From Halocafeteria seosinensis (Eukaryota), in assembly GCA_001687465.1 (NCBI GenBank), contig LVLI01000231.1:1-64000 (forward strand): a stretch of DNA of 64,000 bases, given 5' to 3'. Position numbers and translations under genes: made by a program. Of this stretch, positions 36,968 to 48,389 are shown in pieces. The notes under the pieces were generated by a model that was not told the origin of the DNA, searched no databases, and saw only the letters and a list, made by a program, of their open reading frames with translations. Each line of letters opens with the position of its first letter. The first letter of the stretch is position 1.

Positions 36968-38725
36968 CTTTGGGGGAACTTAGAAATCCTTCCTATGACG
37001 TCTCACCGGCACAATTGAGTTTCTTTGGTCTGATCTGTACGCACAATATATGCACAGATTATACAAAACAGCCTTATAGCACTTCATTCAAGACACTGCA
37101 GACGAATGGGTCTAGGTACTTCAGACCCCTGTAAGAAGGCAATAGAAAGGCCATCCCGCCTACTATCCAAGGGAAATAGACTGAAGAGCACCAGCATTTA
37201 TCCATATACCCAAAACAAGCAGATTATTCGATTATGTTTATCCATTTCCTGGCATTTTTGTAATGGCAGCCAGGTGTGTCGGTCACTGCGAGTCCCTTCT
37301 CTTCAGACTCCCCGCAAATGCCCCTCGGCCGTGGACCCAGACCCTTTTTGTACAAGCCCCCTGCTCGTTCCCTTGTTTGTGAGGACCATCTCCCTCCTCA
37401 ATGACCGAGCCAATAGAAACAAGATAGAAGCACATACGACACGAATGCTTAACTTACCTCCTCGGTATCGATGTACGCACCAAGTCAACACACTGCTTTG
37501 GGATGAGTGAGTGCAAAGGGCAGCTCTGCTGGTGAGGACTGACAGAAACTAGCAACAGGGCAATCATTTCGCATACTTTGGAGCAATTGGGTCGCCTCTG
37601 TGGCTTTACAGAAGCTAAGATAGTCCTAAATGGGTTAATTCGTTTTTATTTTATTTTTTCTGATTGCTGGATAGTTACTTTGATCACATTTGACACACAT
37701 GGATGGCGTATCCGCTCTTCGCCTGGCTGAGCGTGCTATCCGACTACAACCTCGGTAGATGGCCTGAACTTGCTGGATATGCTTCCGATGTGATTATCTG
37801 ATCGTGTATGTATCCTAACATTGGATATCGGTGCTTTGGACATTGCCATGTATTCCTTGATGTTATGCAACGGCCAGGAGAGCGGTGGATGAGAGTACTG
37901 AGTACTGCATGGCAGTTCTTGCTCGCGTCGTTTGAAGTATCAGGTAGGGTATCCTATGCTAATGTGTTTCTGAGTTTCTCCCAATGGATGTGTTGCTTGT
38001 AACTTAACATTGTAAGTTAACAAGTTACCAGTGCCCGCCGACTGAGTACCGACGGTGGCTGAGGCAGGATGGGAAGTATGAGAGCGTCTCTAAGGTATTG
38101 GCGGATGGCTTGATGTGAGTTTGGGAGAATGTGGATCAGTGTGAGCATTTAGAGAACCGTCTAGGGAACCGGGGTAGAGGAGCATTCATGAGACGATGGT
38201 ATTGTGCTTAGTTCTGCTCTACGACCAGAGACTCGGGTAACTTTTTTCCGAGACATGGTCTAAGCGGCTTAGACTAAGCCACTACAGTGTCGTACAAGTT
38301 GTACAACCCGTTGTAGCATACGTAGATAAACTGCTCAGGACCAAAATGTACGACACATGATCTAGGAACACTGTCTACCCTGTACGAAAGGCGCATGTCA
38401 TAATCCTGTTCAGCTCTGGCCAGTGGCTAGCTTACTGAGACCTGTGGGTGAACTTCCAGTCCTACCCTAGGGTAACGTGGGTTGAGATAGACATCTGAAG
38501 CGCCATATATGATATCTCCGTACAGAAAAGGGCTCCGAAGCGGACCACTTCGTAGCGCCGCTGCGGAAAACTGTGCTACAGTGGGATGAAAGTAATGATT
38601 GCTGCGTGACCAGTTGGAACAGTCCAATGGAACTTTGGAACATGTAGTTTAGTGTCCTTTCCTGGTGTTGATTGGATCTTCAACCTTTTTTTTCGCTCCG
38701 AAACAAAAAAACAGAACTAAACAAA

Positions 38726-40049
38726 ATGCGTACTTTCGCCGCTATTATGTTCATGGCTTTGGCCACCGTGGCCTCTGCCTCTGAATTCGACTCTTACAAG
38801 TCCCAGTATGGCATCAAATTCAGTTCCCCAGAAGAAGAGAGCTATCGGTAAGTGTACAAAGCGGGCTGATCCTAAGATCTTGGTCAGTGCCCTGACCTTT
38901 TTTGTTGACTTAGAACTTGCCCTGTGGATGGTCCGTTGAACCTAGAGAAGCATACCGTTTCCGTATGCGGGGTCCTGGGATGCCCCGAAGGGAGAAAACA
39001 GGGGAACAAAAAAGGTCCAGACCGCGCTTTCTCGGGAAATTCTCTTCCCTTTTACGGTTCAGTATGATGTTGAAAAACGCATGGGGAGCCAAATCTACTG
39101 CCTTCTATGTATTGTCATGCTGTGTATTGGGCGTTTCCTCATCAAAATGCTTTGGAAGACCGCTTTCTTAATTGCTGTTTCGTCCTCACTCCGCAGTATG
39201 GCCATCTTCAACTCGAACGTCTACAAGATCCAGCAACACAATGCCCAGGACCTTGGCTGGTCTATGTCCGTCAACGCTTTCGCTCATCTTACACAGGCTG
39301 AATTCGCAGCCCGCTACATTGGTGGCTGGCGTGGACCTAGCAAGCGCACAAACCCAGTTGCCACTGAGCACTTGAGAGCCGACCCTGTGGACTTGCCCAC
39401 CTCCGTGGACTGGAGCCAAAGGGGAGCTGTCACTGCCATCAAAAACCAAGGACAATGCGGTTCTTGCTGGGCTTTCTCTACCACTGGTAGCGTAGAAGGC
39501 ATTAACTTCATTAACAACGGTAACTTGATCAGCTTGTCTGAACAGCAATTGGTTGACTGCTCTGGAAGCTACGGAAACCAAGGATGCAACGGAGGTTTGA
39601 TGGATAATGCCTTCAAATATATTATTAACGCTGGAGGTCTCTGCAGTGAATCCGCCTATCCTTACCAGGGAGTTGATGGAACTTGCCGAGCATCTAGCTG
39701 CCAGAAGGTTGTCCAAATCTCCGGTTACACCGATGTTCCTCAGCAGAACGAGAATGCTTTGATGAGCGCCGTCGCTCAACAGCCTGTATCTATTGCTATT
39801 GAAGCTGATCAATACAGTTTCCAATTCTACAGTGGAGGCGTATTGACTGGAACTTGCGGACACAACTTGGACCATGGTGTCCTTGTTGTAGGTTACGGAA
39901 GCTTGAGCGGAACCAACTACTGGAAGGTGAAGAACTCTTGGGGAGCCTCTTGGGGTATGAATGGATACGTGCTGCTCGCCCGCGGAAGTGCTTACCATCC
40001 CAACGGACAATGCGGTATCCTTGACCAACCCTCTTACCCAACTCAGTAA
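38726..40049 (+). CDS. Cathepsin L-like papain-family (C1A) cysteine protease with signal peptide and I29 propeptide
   Basis: Exon 1 [18 protein letters not shown] (38726-38847), intron 38848-39196, ERFNIN-like propeptide, [21 protein letters not shown]. Confidence 0.95.
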
Positions 40050-40189
40050 AGACTACTTGCGAATTGACTTCTCTACGCGTTTAAATGTGTATAGTTAGTC
40101 CGTGCATTTTAGTACATGATACTTAATAAACAAGAACCGTCTATAAATGACATGACTATACGATGCTATACACACCATATGATACATAT

Positions 40190-43100
40190 TCACTGCTGTT
40201 GCATAAGTAGTCGGAGCGAACCAAGTATTGACTTTACGGGAACAGAGCGAACGATGTCTAGCCACGAAGGGTCATCGTTTCGTAGAGACGCGATATACTT
40301 GCTGGAGCTCAAGTTACGGGATAGGGGTTTAAGCATATCGTCATCTGTTCCTGGAGATCCATTGGTTTCTTGAAAAGTGGAGGTGCTAATCCGTGTTCCC
40401 TGGAGCTTGCCCCAGCCCCATGCTGAGTCGTCATCTGCAGGGCGTTGCGCTCCGTTGGAGTCGCTTCCTAAGTGGAACTTGTACAGTTGGTCTATCATAC
40501 CGGAATCACCTATATGCTGATTTGGTTGTAGACGATTTAATAATTGGAGAAAGAACTCAATTGTCTTCTCGGTTTCAATACCGACTTGACGTGACAACTG
40601 AATGAATTCAATAGCCCTTCCTTGCAACTCAACGGGAGCCTTGAATGACAAGAAGGGTAGTGTACACAGAAGACATTCAGGGAGAAGCTGGGACAAGACG
40701 TAATACTTGTAGGACCACTGGGGAACTTCTTCGGAGTCTTCTTCGCCCTTGTAACCCCATGTACTTGGAGCGGCTGCGGGAATGAGCAAAACCTCTAACG
40801 TCTCCAGGATCCGCATTTGCAGTCGTGTAATTTGTCTTTCAGATTCCTCCCGCATGTCTCGGTCCACAATATTAAGGGAGGCTTTACTCAACGCAGGACG
40901 TCTAGCGTTTCGTTCAATCCAAGGACAAGCCCGAAAGTGCAACCCTTTCGTTTGAGTAGCGCCTCCTAGTGTGAGACTATCACGGATTTTCGGCCAAAGC
41001 TGTTCTTCCAATCTGGGACTTAAAAAATCTCCTGCGTTTCCACGGTAAATTGAGTCAAGTAATAAGTCCAGCGCTTCACCAACCATTGTGTGCATCGGCA
41101 CCACATCATTGCCGTTTAGCACTGTCCCATAGTCGAGCAATTGTCGTTCATTTGCTTGCTGCTGAACGTCGTCAACCGGCAACGCCAGCGGGAGGTCAAA
41201 TATCGTAGAGAGAGGATCCCAGATGTCATTCAGTAATGGATATAGAGTTCCGGGAGTTGCGGCCAACGCTGAGCATACTGCCCGTATGACCCGCATGCTA
41301 TCAACAGCGCACCGCCGTTCATCTGAAGTTGCTTGATGAACCGCACGTTTTGCAACCTCGATCACCCAGTGTTGAGCAGCCGCTGTTAAGGGGGCGATGA
41401 GACTATTGTTCTCACGGATTGCCTTGGCCTTCTCTCTCACATGACGAAACTGAGACATTTCCGCTTGTTCCAGGATCGTTTTGCGAAGGGCCCCATCTGC
41501 CGTGGAGGAATCAGAAATATAAAACTCGCGTTCAGTAGTGCGTCGACACAGATATGACAGCGCATCAACGATGATTTCCGCTGATGACATTAAAGTTTGC
41601 TGGTATTCCGGGTTAAATCGGTTTTCGTCAAGAGCAACACATACTTCCCGGGAAATTAGCGAAAAAAAGCTTGTGTAGTTGGACCAAGACGTTGTTGCGG
41701 AAGGCGCCTCCATAGTAGACCTTCGGAGACAAGAGACAACCCCAGATAGCATTGGCGGCAAATGGGATATGTCACTTCGAGATTGTAGACTATCAGCTAA
41801 GTTAACAGTGATTTGCTCGAAATTATTTGTGAGAAGATGCTGAACCCACACTGTCTGGTGAACGTGCGGAGGATATTGAGTCAGTTCCCGCGAGACTTTA
41901 GAGGAGGAGAGAGGAGTGAAATGGACAACCTGGCAAATACCTGGGGCCATGGGAGGGCCAAAAATCCCCCGTGAAGAGTACCAGCTATTTTCTTTGCTGG
42001 TTGCCATGTCCTCTAGTATATCATGTCTGTAGCTGATTCCACCCAAAAGAACTAGTGTAGAGAAGGCTGAGTCAGTTAAGAGGTCACAGTACTCGCGCGG
42101 AAGAGAATTTTCATCGCTCGACAGTGTGTTCCTATGGTTCCGTGAGCTATCTCCAATGAATTGTTGTACGATGGAAAACAGATGTTCAGGCAGGAATTCC
42201 CGAATATCAGGGCCTAGAATAGTAGTACAGACGCCAACAAGCGTTAAGCACCAACAGCGCAATCCACAAAATCGAGAAGCGCAAACAACCGGTAGAGACT
42301 GTTCCCCATTTGTTCTCAATGGGGCAAACAACATAGGAGGTACATGTATCCCGTTGTCTGTTACCTCACCAACTCCCATGGAAATAAAATCGATTGTCAG
42401 GTTTACAGCTCGTCGAACAGAATCTGTTTTTTCTGTGGATGGTGCATCATTTTTGTTCCTGTGTATGTCAACCCGTGCAATACCTCTCACGAGTTCAATA
42501 GAACAAAACATTAACCCGGGAATCGCCTTCCACAAATTAAAAAATTCAGAAAGCCAATTACGTCCTACTCTACTGCCGTCGACGGCCTTCACAGCGGCAA
42601 TATACTTGCTCCTAGCTAGGTTCAGGCATTCCTCGAGCAATCTAAGGGAGCTTGTTCCGAAACTATATCCAAGAATTCGCAGCATATTCTTGAAGTTGGC
42701 CGGATAATTGAGATACGCTAATCTCATTTCAGGAAAGGGTGGATTCATAGCTACACATACGTTGCACAATGGCACTTCCGCAACGTATCGCTTTTCAGCA
42801 CAATTCGCACATAATACTTGGCACTGCCGCGCCATCGGCGCTAGCTGCATCACCGCCAAGCATTTACTCGATGCTGACGAACGGGCCGAACTACTCTGCT
42901 TTGCGGGTTGACCATTGGGAGTGATGGCAATATCTTGCGTAGGAGCTTGTGTCAACATGTCATCCTCGAGCATTGCACATTGCCCTAAGATTGTGGCTAG
43001 TTCAGCATAACGTTCCTGTGGTTGAAGCACAGAGTCTACCGAATCCTGGAAAGAAGATTTATCAGAGAGTGGGAGAAGGGAAAGCAGTCCTTGGACAACG

Positions 43101-44737
43101 CAAAACGATGCGTCCAAGCTGTAGCTCTCGTGTAAATCAAATTTCCCGTCGTCTACTTCTTCATCCCTGGCCATGCGGGGCAAACTGTGCAGTGTTCTCC
43201 AAACTCTTTCAAAAACCGTTCTGATAAGAGTCTTGAATAGACCAGCCTGAGTAGCAAACGAGACTGCCATTTCCCAGAGGGCGTATGCAACCCTGCACAC
43301 CTCATGGTCGTCTAATACTACACTAAATGCGATAAATTCTAGGGCATTGATCAGGTTTTCCCAATTCACACGACGACTATGTTGGACGAAAGCGGACCCC
43401 AGGCAGTGATGCACCGCAATGAAACACAATTCTAAAGCACTAAGCTGTACCTCCCGCCGATCTTTGTGCACAACTAGATAACGCAGTGTTTTTTCGATAA
43501 AACCACATAGTTTATCAATAGACTGCTGCTGCTGCTGGGTGTCTTCACCATCATTTACGCTCTTCTTCCCTCCAGAAGTGACCATCGCCTTCAGAGAAGA
43601 GAGCGAATGTTGCCTCGGCTTTTTACGGACCCTGTTTTCTTGCATATCCATGCATGTGACGCCACCGACTGTGATCATCACTCGTGTCGCACTTTCAAGT
43701 ATTTTTGACTGAAGTGAGAGGGTGCTGGATGTGTGACTGACGGAAGTGATCGTACTATGCATGGCGGTAACCACACCTGGAAGAAAAGTGCTCGGGGCCA
43801 CAGAATCATCCAACTTCACTACGAGACTTGCATGGCGCAGCAACATCGCATATAAGTTAAGACAGGCAAGCGTGTAAAACATCGATCGGCGGCCAACCAT
43901 ACTGTGCGTAGAATATTGTCCTTGTGTGACAACTCCTAGCAGTGAGCTAATGAGGAGTCCCGCAACCTGTTTCGACACGAATTGCCGGAATCTTGTGGTG
44001 AAATTGCTGAACTGGAACTCATCCTTCCCAAGAGTATCGCGAAGAGTGGGTGGATAATGGTCAACCAAACAATACTTTGAAGTTGACGTATTTGCTATAT
44101 CAAACGCATTTTCGGTACTATCTTCGTCTCTCAAGACCCCACACAACGCAGCCAAGAGTTTTAGTAAGCAGCACATTACCGGGACTGTTGTGCCCTCCGT
44201 GGGATAGCTAGACGCACTCCTCGAGTCATCGTTCCGGACAGAGCGTTGGTGCGTGTGCCAAGGAGACAGCAATACTGCAATTCGAATCAGGAATTCATCA
44301 CATCGACTGAATCCCTGTAAGAAGTATACAGGGCCGACTCTTGTCAGGAGTGTGTCAACTGCTGTAAAGACAAGCTCCATACGCAGCGAATGTTCCGGAA
44401 CTTTGGTAGGAAGGCACAGCAACAAAGGGAGCATGATATACTCTAAACAATTCCGAGAAACCTGTGCATCTGTCTGTGTTTCCAAAATCTTGCACAATGT
44501 TCGTAGACCCGAGGTAATGTGAGATTCCACCTTTTGTTTCTCCTCTTCTGAGCCTTGGTTCTCATCGAGTTTTTGCTTGGTGGACAAGGCGTTCATTAAT
44601 TTCAAACATGTGGGTTTCAGCTGAGACCCGAAAATTCTCTTCTTATCTGTATCTGCATGTCCATCTGCGCCTTCTGCTGTATGGTCTGCATGCTCTCCAC
44701 CTCTTCCAGCTCCTGTTCCAGAGGAGACCGAGTTCAT
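40190..44737 (-). CDS. TTI1: TELO2-interacting protein 1-like HEAT/ARM protein (TTT complex)
   Basis: 1515-aa single ORF with FGSQLKPTC, EYIMLPL, FLPGVVTAM, LYPLLNDIWDPL and GDFLSPRLEEQLWP, in the order I recall for Tti1 motifs. Confidence 0.72.
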   Translation of the reverse strand: MNSVSSGTGAGRGGEHADHTAEGADGHADTDKKRIFGSQLKPTCLKLMNALSTKQKLDENQGSEEEKQKVESHITSGLRTLCKILETQTDAQVSRNCLEYIMLPLLLCLPTKVPEHSLRMELVFTAVDTLLTRVGPVYFLQGFSRCDEFLIRIAVLLSPWHTHQRSVRNDDSRSASSYPTEGTTVPVMCCLLKLLAALCGVLRDEDSTENAFDIANTSTSKYCLVDHYPPTLRDTLGKDEFQFSNFTTRFRQFVSKQVAGLLISSLLGVVTQGQYSTHSMVGRRSMFYTLACLNLYAMLLRHASLVVKLDDSVAPSTFLPGVVTAMHSTITSVSHTSSTLSLQSKILESATRVMITVGGVTCMDMQENRVRKKPRQHSLSSLKAMVTSGGKKSVNDGEDTQQQQQSIDKLCGFIEKTLRYLVVHKDRREVQLSALELCFIAVHHCLGSAFVQHSRRVNWENLINALEFIAFSVVLDDHEVCRVAYALWEMAVSFATQAGLFKTLIRTVFERVWRTLHSLPRMARDEEVDDGKFDLHESYSLDASFCVVQGLLSLLPLSDKSSFQDSVDSVLQPQERYAELATILGQCAMLEDDMLTQAPTQDIAITPNGQPAKQSSSARSSASSKCLAVMQLAPMARQCQVLCANCAEKRYVAEVPLCNVCVAMNPPFPEMRLAYLNYPANFKNMLRILGYSFGTSSLRLLEECLNLARSKYIAAVKAVDGSRVGRNWLSEFFNLWKAIPGLMFCSIELVRGIARVDIHRNKNDAPSTEKTDSVRRAVNLTIDFISMGVGEVTDNGIHVPPMLFAPLRTNGEQSLPVVCASRFCGLRCWCLTLVGVCTTILGPDIREFLPEHLFSIVQQFIGDSSRNHRNTLSSDENSLPREYCDLLTDSAFSTLVLLGGISYRHDILEDMATSKENSWYSSRGIFGPPMAPGICQVVHFTPLSSSKVSRELTQYPPHVHQTVWVQHLLTNNFEQITVNLADSLQSRSDISHLPPMLSGVVSCLRRSTMEAPSATTSWSNYTSFFSLISREVCVALDENRFNPEYQQTLMSSAEIIVDALSYLCRRTTEREFYISDSSTADGALRKTILEQAEMSQFRHVREKAKAIRENNSLIAPLTAAAQHWVIEVAKRAVHQATSDERRCAVDSMRVIRAVCSALAATPGTLYPLLNDIWDPLSTIFDLPLALPVDDVQQQANERQLLDYGTVLNGNDVVPMHTMVGEALDLLLDSIYRGNAGDFLSPRLEEQLWPKIRDSLTLGGATQTKGLHFRACPWIERNARRPALSKASLNIVDRDMREESERQITRLQMRILETLEVLLIPAAAPSTWGYKGEEDSEEVPQWSYKYYVLSQLLPECLLCTLPFLSFKAPVELQGRAIEFIQLSRQVGIETEKTIEFFLQLLNRLQPNQHIGDSGMIDQLYKFHLGSDSNGAQRPADDDSAWGWGKLQGTRISTSTFQETNGSPGTDDDMLKPLSRNLSSSKYIASLRNDDPSWLDIVRSVPVKSILGSLRLLMQQQ

Positions 44738-44872
44738 GGTCTAAAAAGAGAACAATTGTGTTTGATTTGGTGCATAACGAACTCCAAATGAGAAACTATA
44801 AGGCTGATGATAAATAATATTAAGCTCAATATCTACACAGTATCTCTGTGTGACGCTGTATAGACGCAAATA

Positions 44873-46118
44873 ATGGCTTCACAATCCCGGAAGAGAGCTG
44901 CCCCGGAGGAAGATCATTCCGCTACAAATGCACACACCACGAAGGAATCTGCTGCTACTACTACTGATCAGACAAAGAAGAAGACGAGGAAGGCCAATAA
45001 AACGGAGTTCTTGGATCTCAATATCCCTTATTCGCGAGGGTCTACCTCCCGACACAACGTGGTCAATATTCTCTGCACGGCTGCCGAGTGTACGTATAAT
45101 GAAAAGTGCATAATGGTGTCGATTTACAGGTTCAAACTATACTCTCTGATACAGTCGGGTATTCTGCAATCGCCCTGAATCAATCCGTCCGAGGAGCCAA
45201 AAAAATTCAGGTAAGGAGAATTAATCCGGTAATTGGAAGTGCGTACTTGACCTAGTAGTCTGCTGCTCCACGGATTGCAGCCTCTCCAACGCACAGATAT
45301 TCAGTTCGCGGAAGATGTTACAGCAAAGGCTCAGGCCAAGACAGGAGCGAAACTAACAGTGTACCAGAGACTTACGGTACAAGCTGATGATGCCAAGACT
45401 GTGGAGCAGATGGTATGATATATGCGTGAAGTAGCGGTAGTTAGTTTAGAAGACCCCAGCCCTTAACTTATACTTATTTGCACAGGGAGCGTATAAGGAG
45501 TCTCTTAAGACGTTTGATCTCGTAGCTATTGTGCCTGGCTCAGATGGCGCGTTCTCAAAAGCTTTGGACAGCGATGTGGCCAGTATCGTTGCTTTAGACA
45601 GTGGAGGAGCATCCAAGCAGGAATTCCACATCAGACCACAACAGGTGGGTGTGCTCTTACTCCTCCCGCACTCGATCATTCCCCTACATGATATTCATGT
45701 TTGTGTAGTTCAGATGGCTGCTATGGGTGAAAATAGAAAATTGGTCGAAATTTGCTACCACCATGCGCTACGGAGCCCAACCCTATGTGCGGCGCTGCTA
45801 TCGAACCTGACGAGTATAGCTAAAGCGGCCGGCAGAGAGTCGAACCTGCGGCAAAGTCTGCTTATATCTAGGTATGAATAAGTATGCACCCATGATGGTG
45901 TTTGGCTGCAAAAACGTTATATTTCGGGGGCATTTTGGTGCAGTGGAGCAACAAGTGAGATGCACATACGGGCACCTCACGACGTTAGTGCTATGTTATC
46001 TCCGTGTGTAGCGGATAAAGCGGTGACATTACACTGCCAAAACGTAAATCCCCGGAAAGCAATACATTCGGGACTTAGGCAAAGAGAAGATGCACCTGGA
46101 GTGCAAGTTATAATGTGA
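44873..46118 (+). CDS. RPP30: RNase P/MRP protein subunit p30
   Basis: Spliced FLDLNI, GYSAIALN, YQRLTV, FDLVAIVP, VEICY, LLIS|SGATSEMHIRAPHDV; 5 introns. Confidence 0.85.
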
Positions 46119-46136
46119 GCTTCTCCCAAAGCCTTT

Positions 46137-48038
46137 TCACAGAGCATCCTTGTACTCATCTTCCATCTCCTGGTCTTCTTCATTTTGATTTGCTGATGGA
46201 GCATCGGAACTGATGCGGTTTTGCTTCTTCAATTCTTCTGTGTCGGTTGGGACTTGTTTGATTTTGATTTCTGGCATGTCCATATCTTCCTGGGAAGACT
46301 TCTGAGCCTCGACGTTTTCGTTTCCAGCCGTCATTTCTACTTCACCGACGTCGAAGCATACTGGAGAGGTCTCAAGTGTTTCTATGTTAACAAGAACGGC
46401 TGTTCCTGTTTTCGAAAAATCAGGAACCGAAATAATCCGAACGCTCCCCATCTGCTCTGTGTCTGTTCCGAGTTCCTGTTTGAAGGTGCGTTGGATATCG
46501 TTAAGATTGTGAATAGACGTGCTCTTCGTGTTTTCATCGAAGGTAACGCCGTCCTTCGTGACCATGGCGGAAGCGTATCCGGGCTGATTACCAGCAAAAA
46601 ATACTGCTGGAGTGTCCTTGACTACAAATGGCTCACTTTCTTTGAAAGGATAACAAGCCAGAGTATCCGGTGCAGTTGGAGCAATATGCCTCCAGAACAG
46701 CATGTTCATCATCGAAAGAAGTCGGTTCAGCGGATCTTGAACAAACGTTTTGGAGTCATGATCCGGAAGTGCATATGAGCCCAGCATGGAAGCCGGAACT
46801 TTACCCGCGAATGGTTGCACGTCTTTGACGTAGCGTACAACATTGTCTACGTTTTGCCCTGCCGTTCCTAAAAATCGTGTATCGCCCAACGAAAAATCGT
46901 AGGGGTTAGGTACACTTTTGAAAGAAGAGTATTTTCCAGAGGTTCTGAAAAGGCAAGGATGCAGCCTCTGCTGGGGAAGGGCTCTATTCGTGGGATCGAA
47001 TTCACCAGGCATCACATCGACGGGTATCGCGCCGGCCAGCATTGAGAGCAGCATGTCGACTTCACGCATTGGACTAGAGAGTACCTCTTGTTGCTGTGAA
47101 GTTAAGGATCTATTTCCAAACGCAGCATTGGTATTAGTACCGGCGTCTTCCGTAATTAGACCGCCGGCGACAATTACGCGTTGGATCCCTGCGACTGTTT
47201 GCATTTGTTCGTTAGTCCCCAACATTCCCCTCACATACTGTGCTAGCAGCTCAAAAGGAAGAGGATTTACTTGACCGCCGCAGTTGATGCCCGAGACAAG
47301 TAGCACGTAAGGTCCGTCCGTGGTCGATGCTGTCAGGGATTTCTTCGGAGATTCTTGCGCAGGAAGACCACCGAAGCATATTCCAGTAACTATGATCTCT
47401 CCGGCGCTTGTCACATGGCCTCGAACGCCTGCTACCACCCCTGTTAATAACACGTGGGAAATCTGGTATTCGGCCTTGAGAGTAACTCTTCCTGAGTGAT
47501 CTTCCAAATATACCATGTCATCGTCACTGCAGTAGTTATCCTGCAGTCTTGGAGCTGCAATGCCTACAGTTTTGTCGCTTGCGAATTCTTCTAAAATGTT
47601 CGGCTTCTGGTTCATTTCCTTGTAAATAGTGCCGATCACCACTTGGTCTTTGCCTTCCTTCAAATCAATAACTTTGTTACACCATGCCTCCTTTTTGTCG
47701 GCTGCGTCGTTAGCTCAATATGCTCTAAGGGCCGTGTCGTTACAAACTTATATCCCAAATCACATACCAATATCACTCCAAATTCGTCGAGCATTTTGCC
47801 TCACGCTATATCGCAGCGACGCAGTGCGAGCTGTGTACACATGACTGTACTGATGCGAGTATTCTCGTTCTCGTAGCAGGAACCTCTGGTATCGAGGCGT
47901 ATATTCCAGGAGATTATCCCTCTGCAGCACAGTTCGCAGGGTGATAGTGGCAATTCATGCTAAGTCAGAATGGACGGATAACACCCAAAAAATGTCCAGT
48001 ATGAGAAAATAGGCAATACGTACGGTGTATGAAGCCAT
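46137..48038 (-). CDS. POLD2: DNA polymerase delta small (B) subunit
   Basis: QYSHVYTAR, VIGTIYKEM, LEDHSGRV, VDVMPGEFDPTNRALPQQ, WRHIAPTAPDTLACYPF, SVPDFSKTG; 2 introns at the 5' end. Confidence 0.93.
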
Positions 48039-48112
48039 TTCGTCGAGTATTTGGAAACTAGGAGTAATTTGAATTCCACCACCGCTTGTTTCCCAAAACA
48101 ACAACAAGCATT

Positions 48113-48129
48113 CACACACACACACACAC
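48113..48129. repeat. (CA)8 microsatellite in the divergent POLD2/ATP12 promoter region
   Basis: Directly visible CACACA run. Confidence 0.8.
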
Positions 48130-48389
48130 CACAGGAGGACAGGATGAGTACGGATAGAAGAGTCTTGTCCACACCGTATGGGACAGTCTATCCTGCCGAA
48201 ATAATCGATCTGATGCATAGAGGCCAGGTATAAAGCAGATGAGGATGTTGTTTGAATGGATAAACAGCAAACAAATCGTTCACTTTTGGCAGACAGGAAC
48301 TCATTGCAATTACCCCAGAGCTAGTTTATCAGGGTTGTTCCATGACTCTTGCTCGGTGCAGTGATTCACTCGTTCCCTAGGAGCTAGCA

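Noticed and set aside
38925..38995. TPP-riboswitch-like fragments (CCGTTGAACCT ... CGAAGGGA) in the cathepsin intron
   Set aside because: The essential UGAGA motif and a proper P5 loop are absent, and the host gene has no thiamine link.
39186..40028. 280-aa minus-strand ORF
   Set aside because: Antisense shadow of the cathepsin CDS with no motifs of its own; the same applies to 16628-17263, 8473-9042 and 46221-46778.
48113..48129. CA run as a third copy of the retroposon
   Set aside because: The adjacent sequence shows no similarity to the 2544-2707 element.
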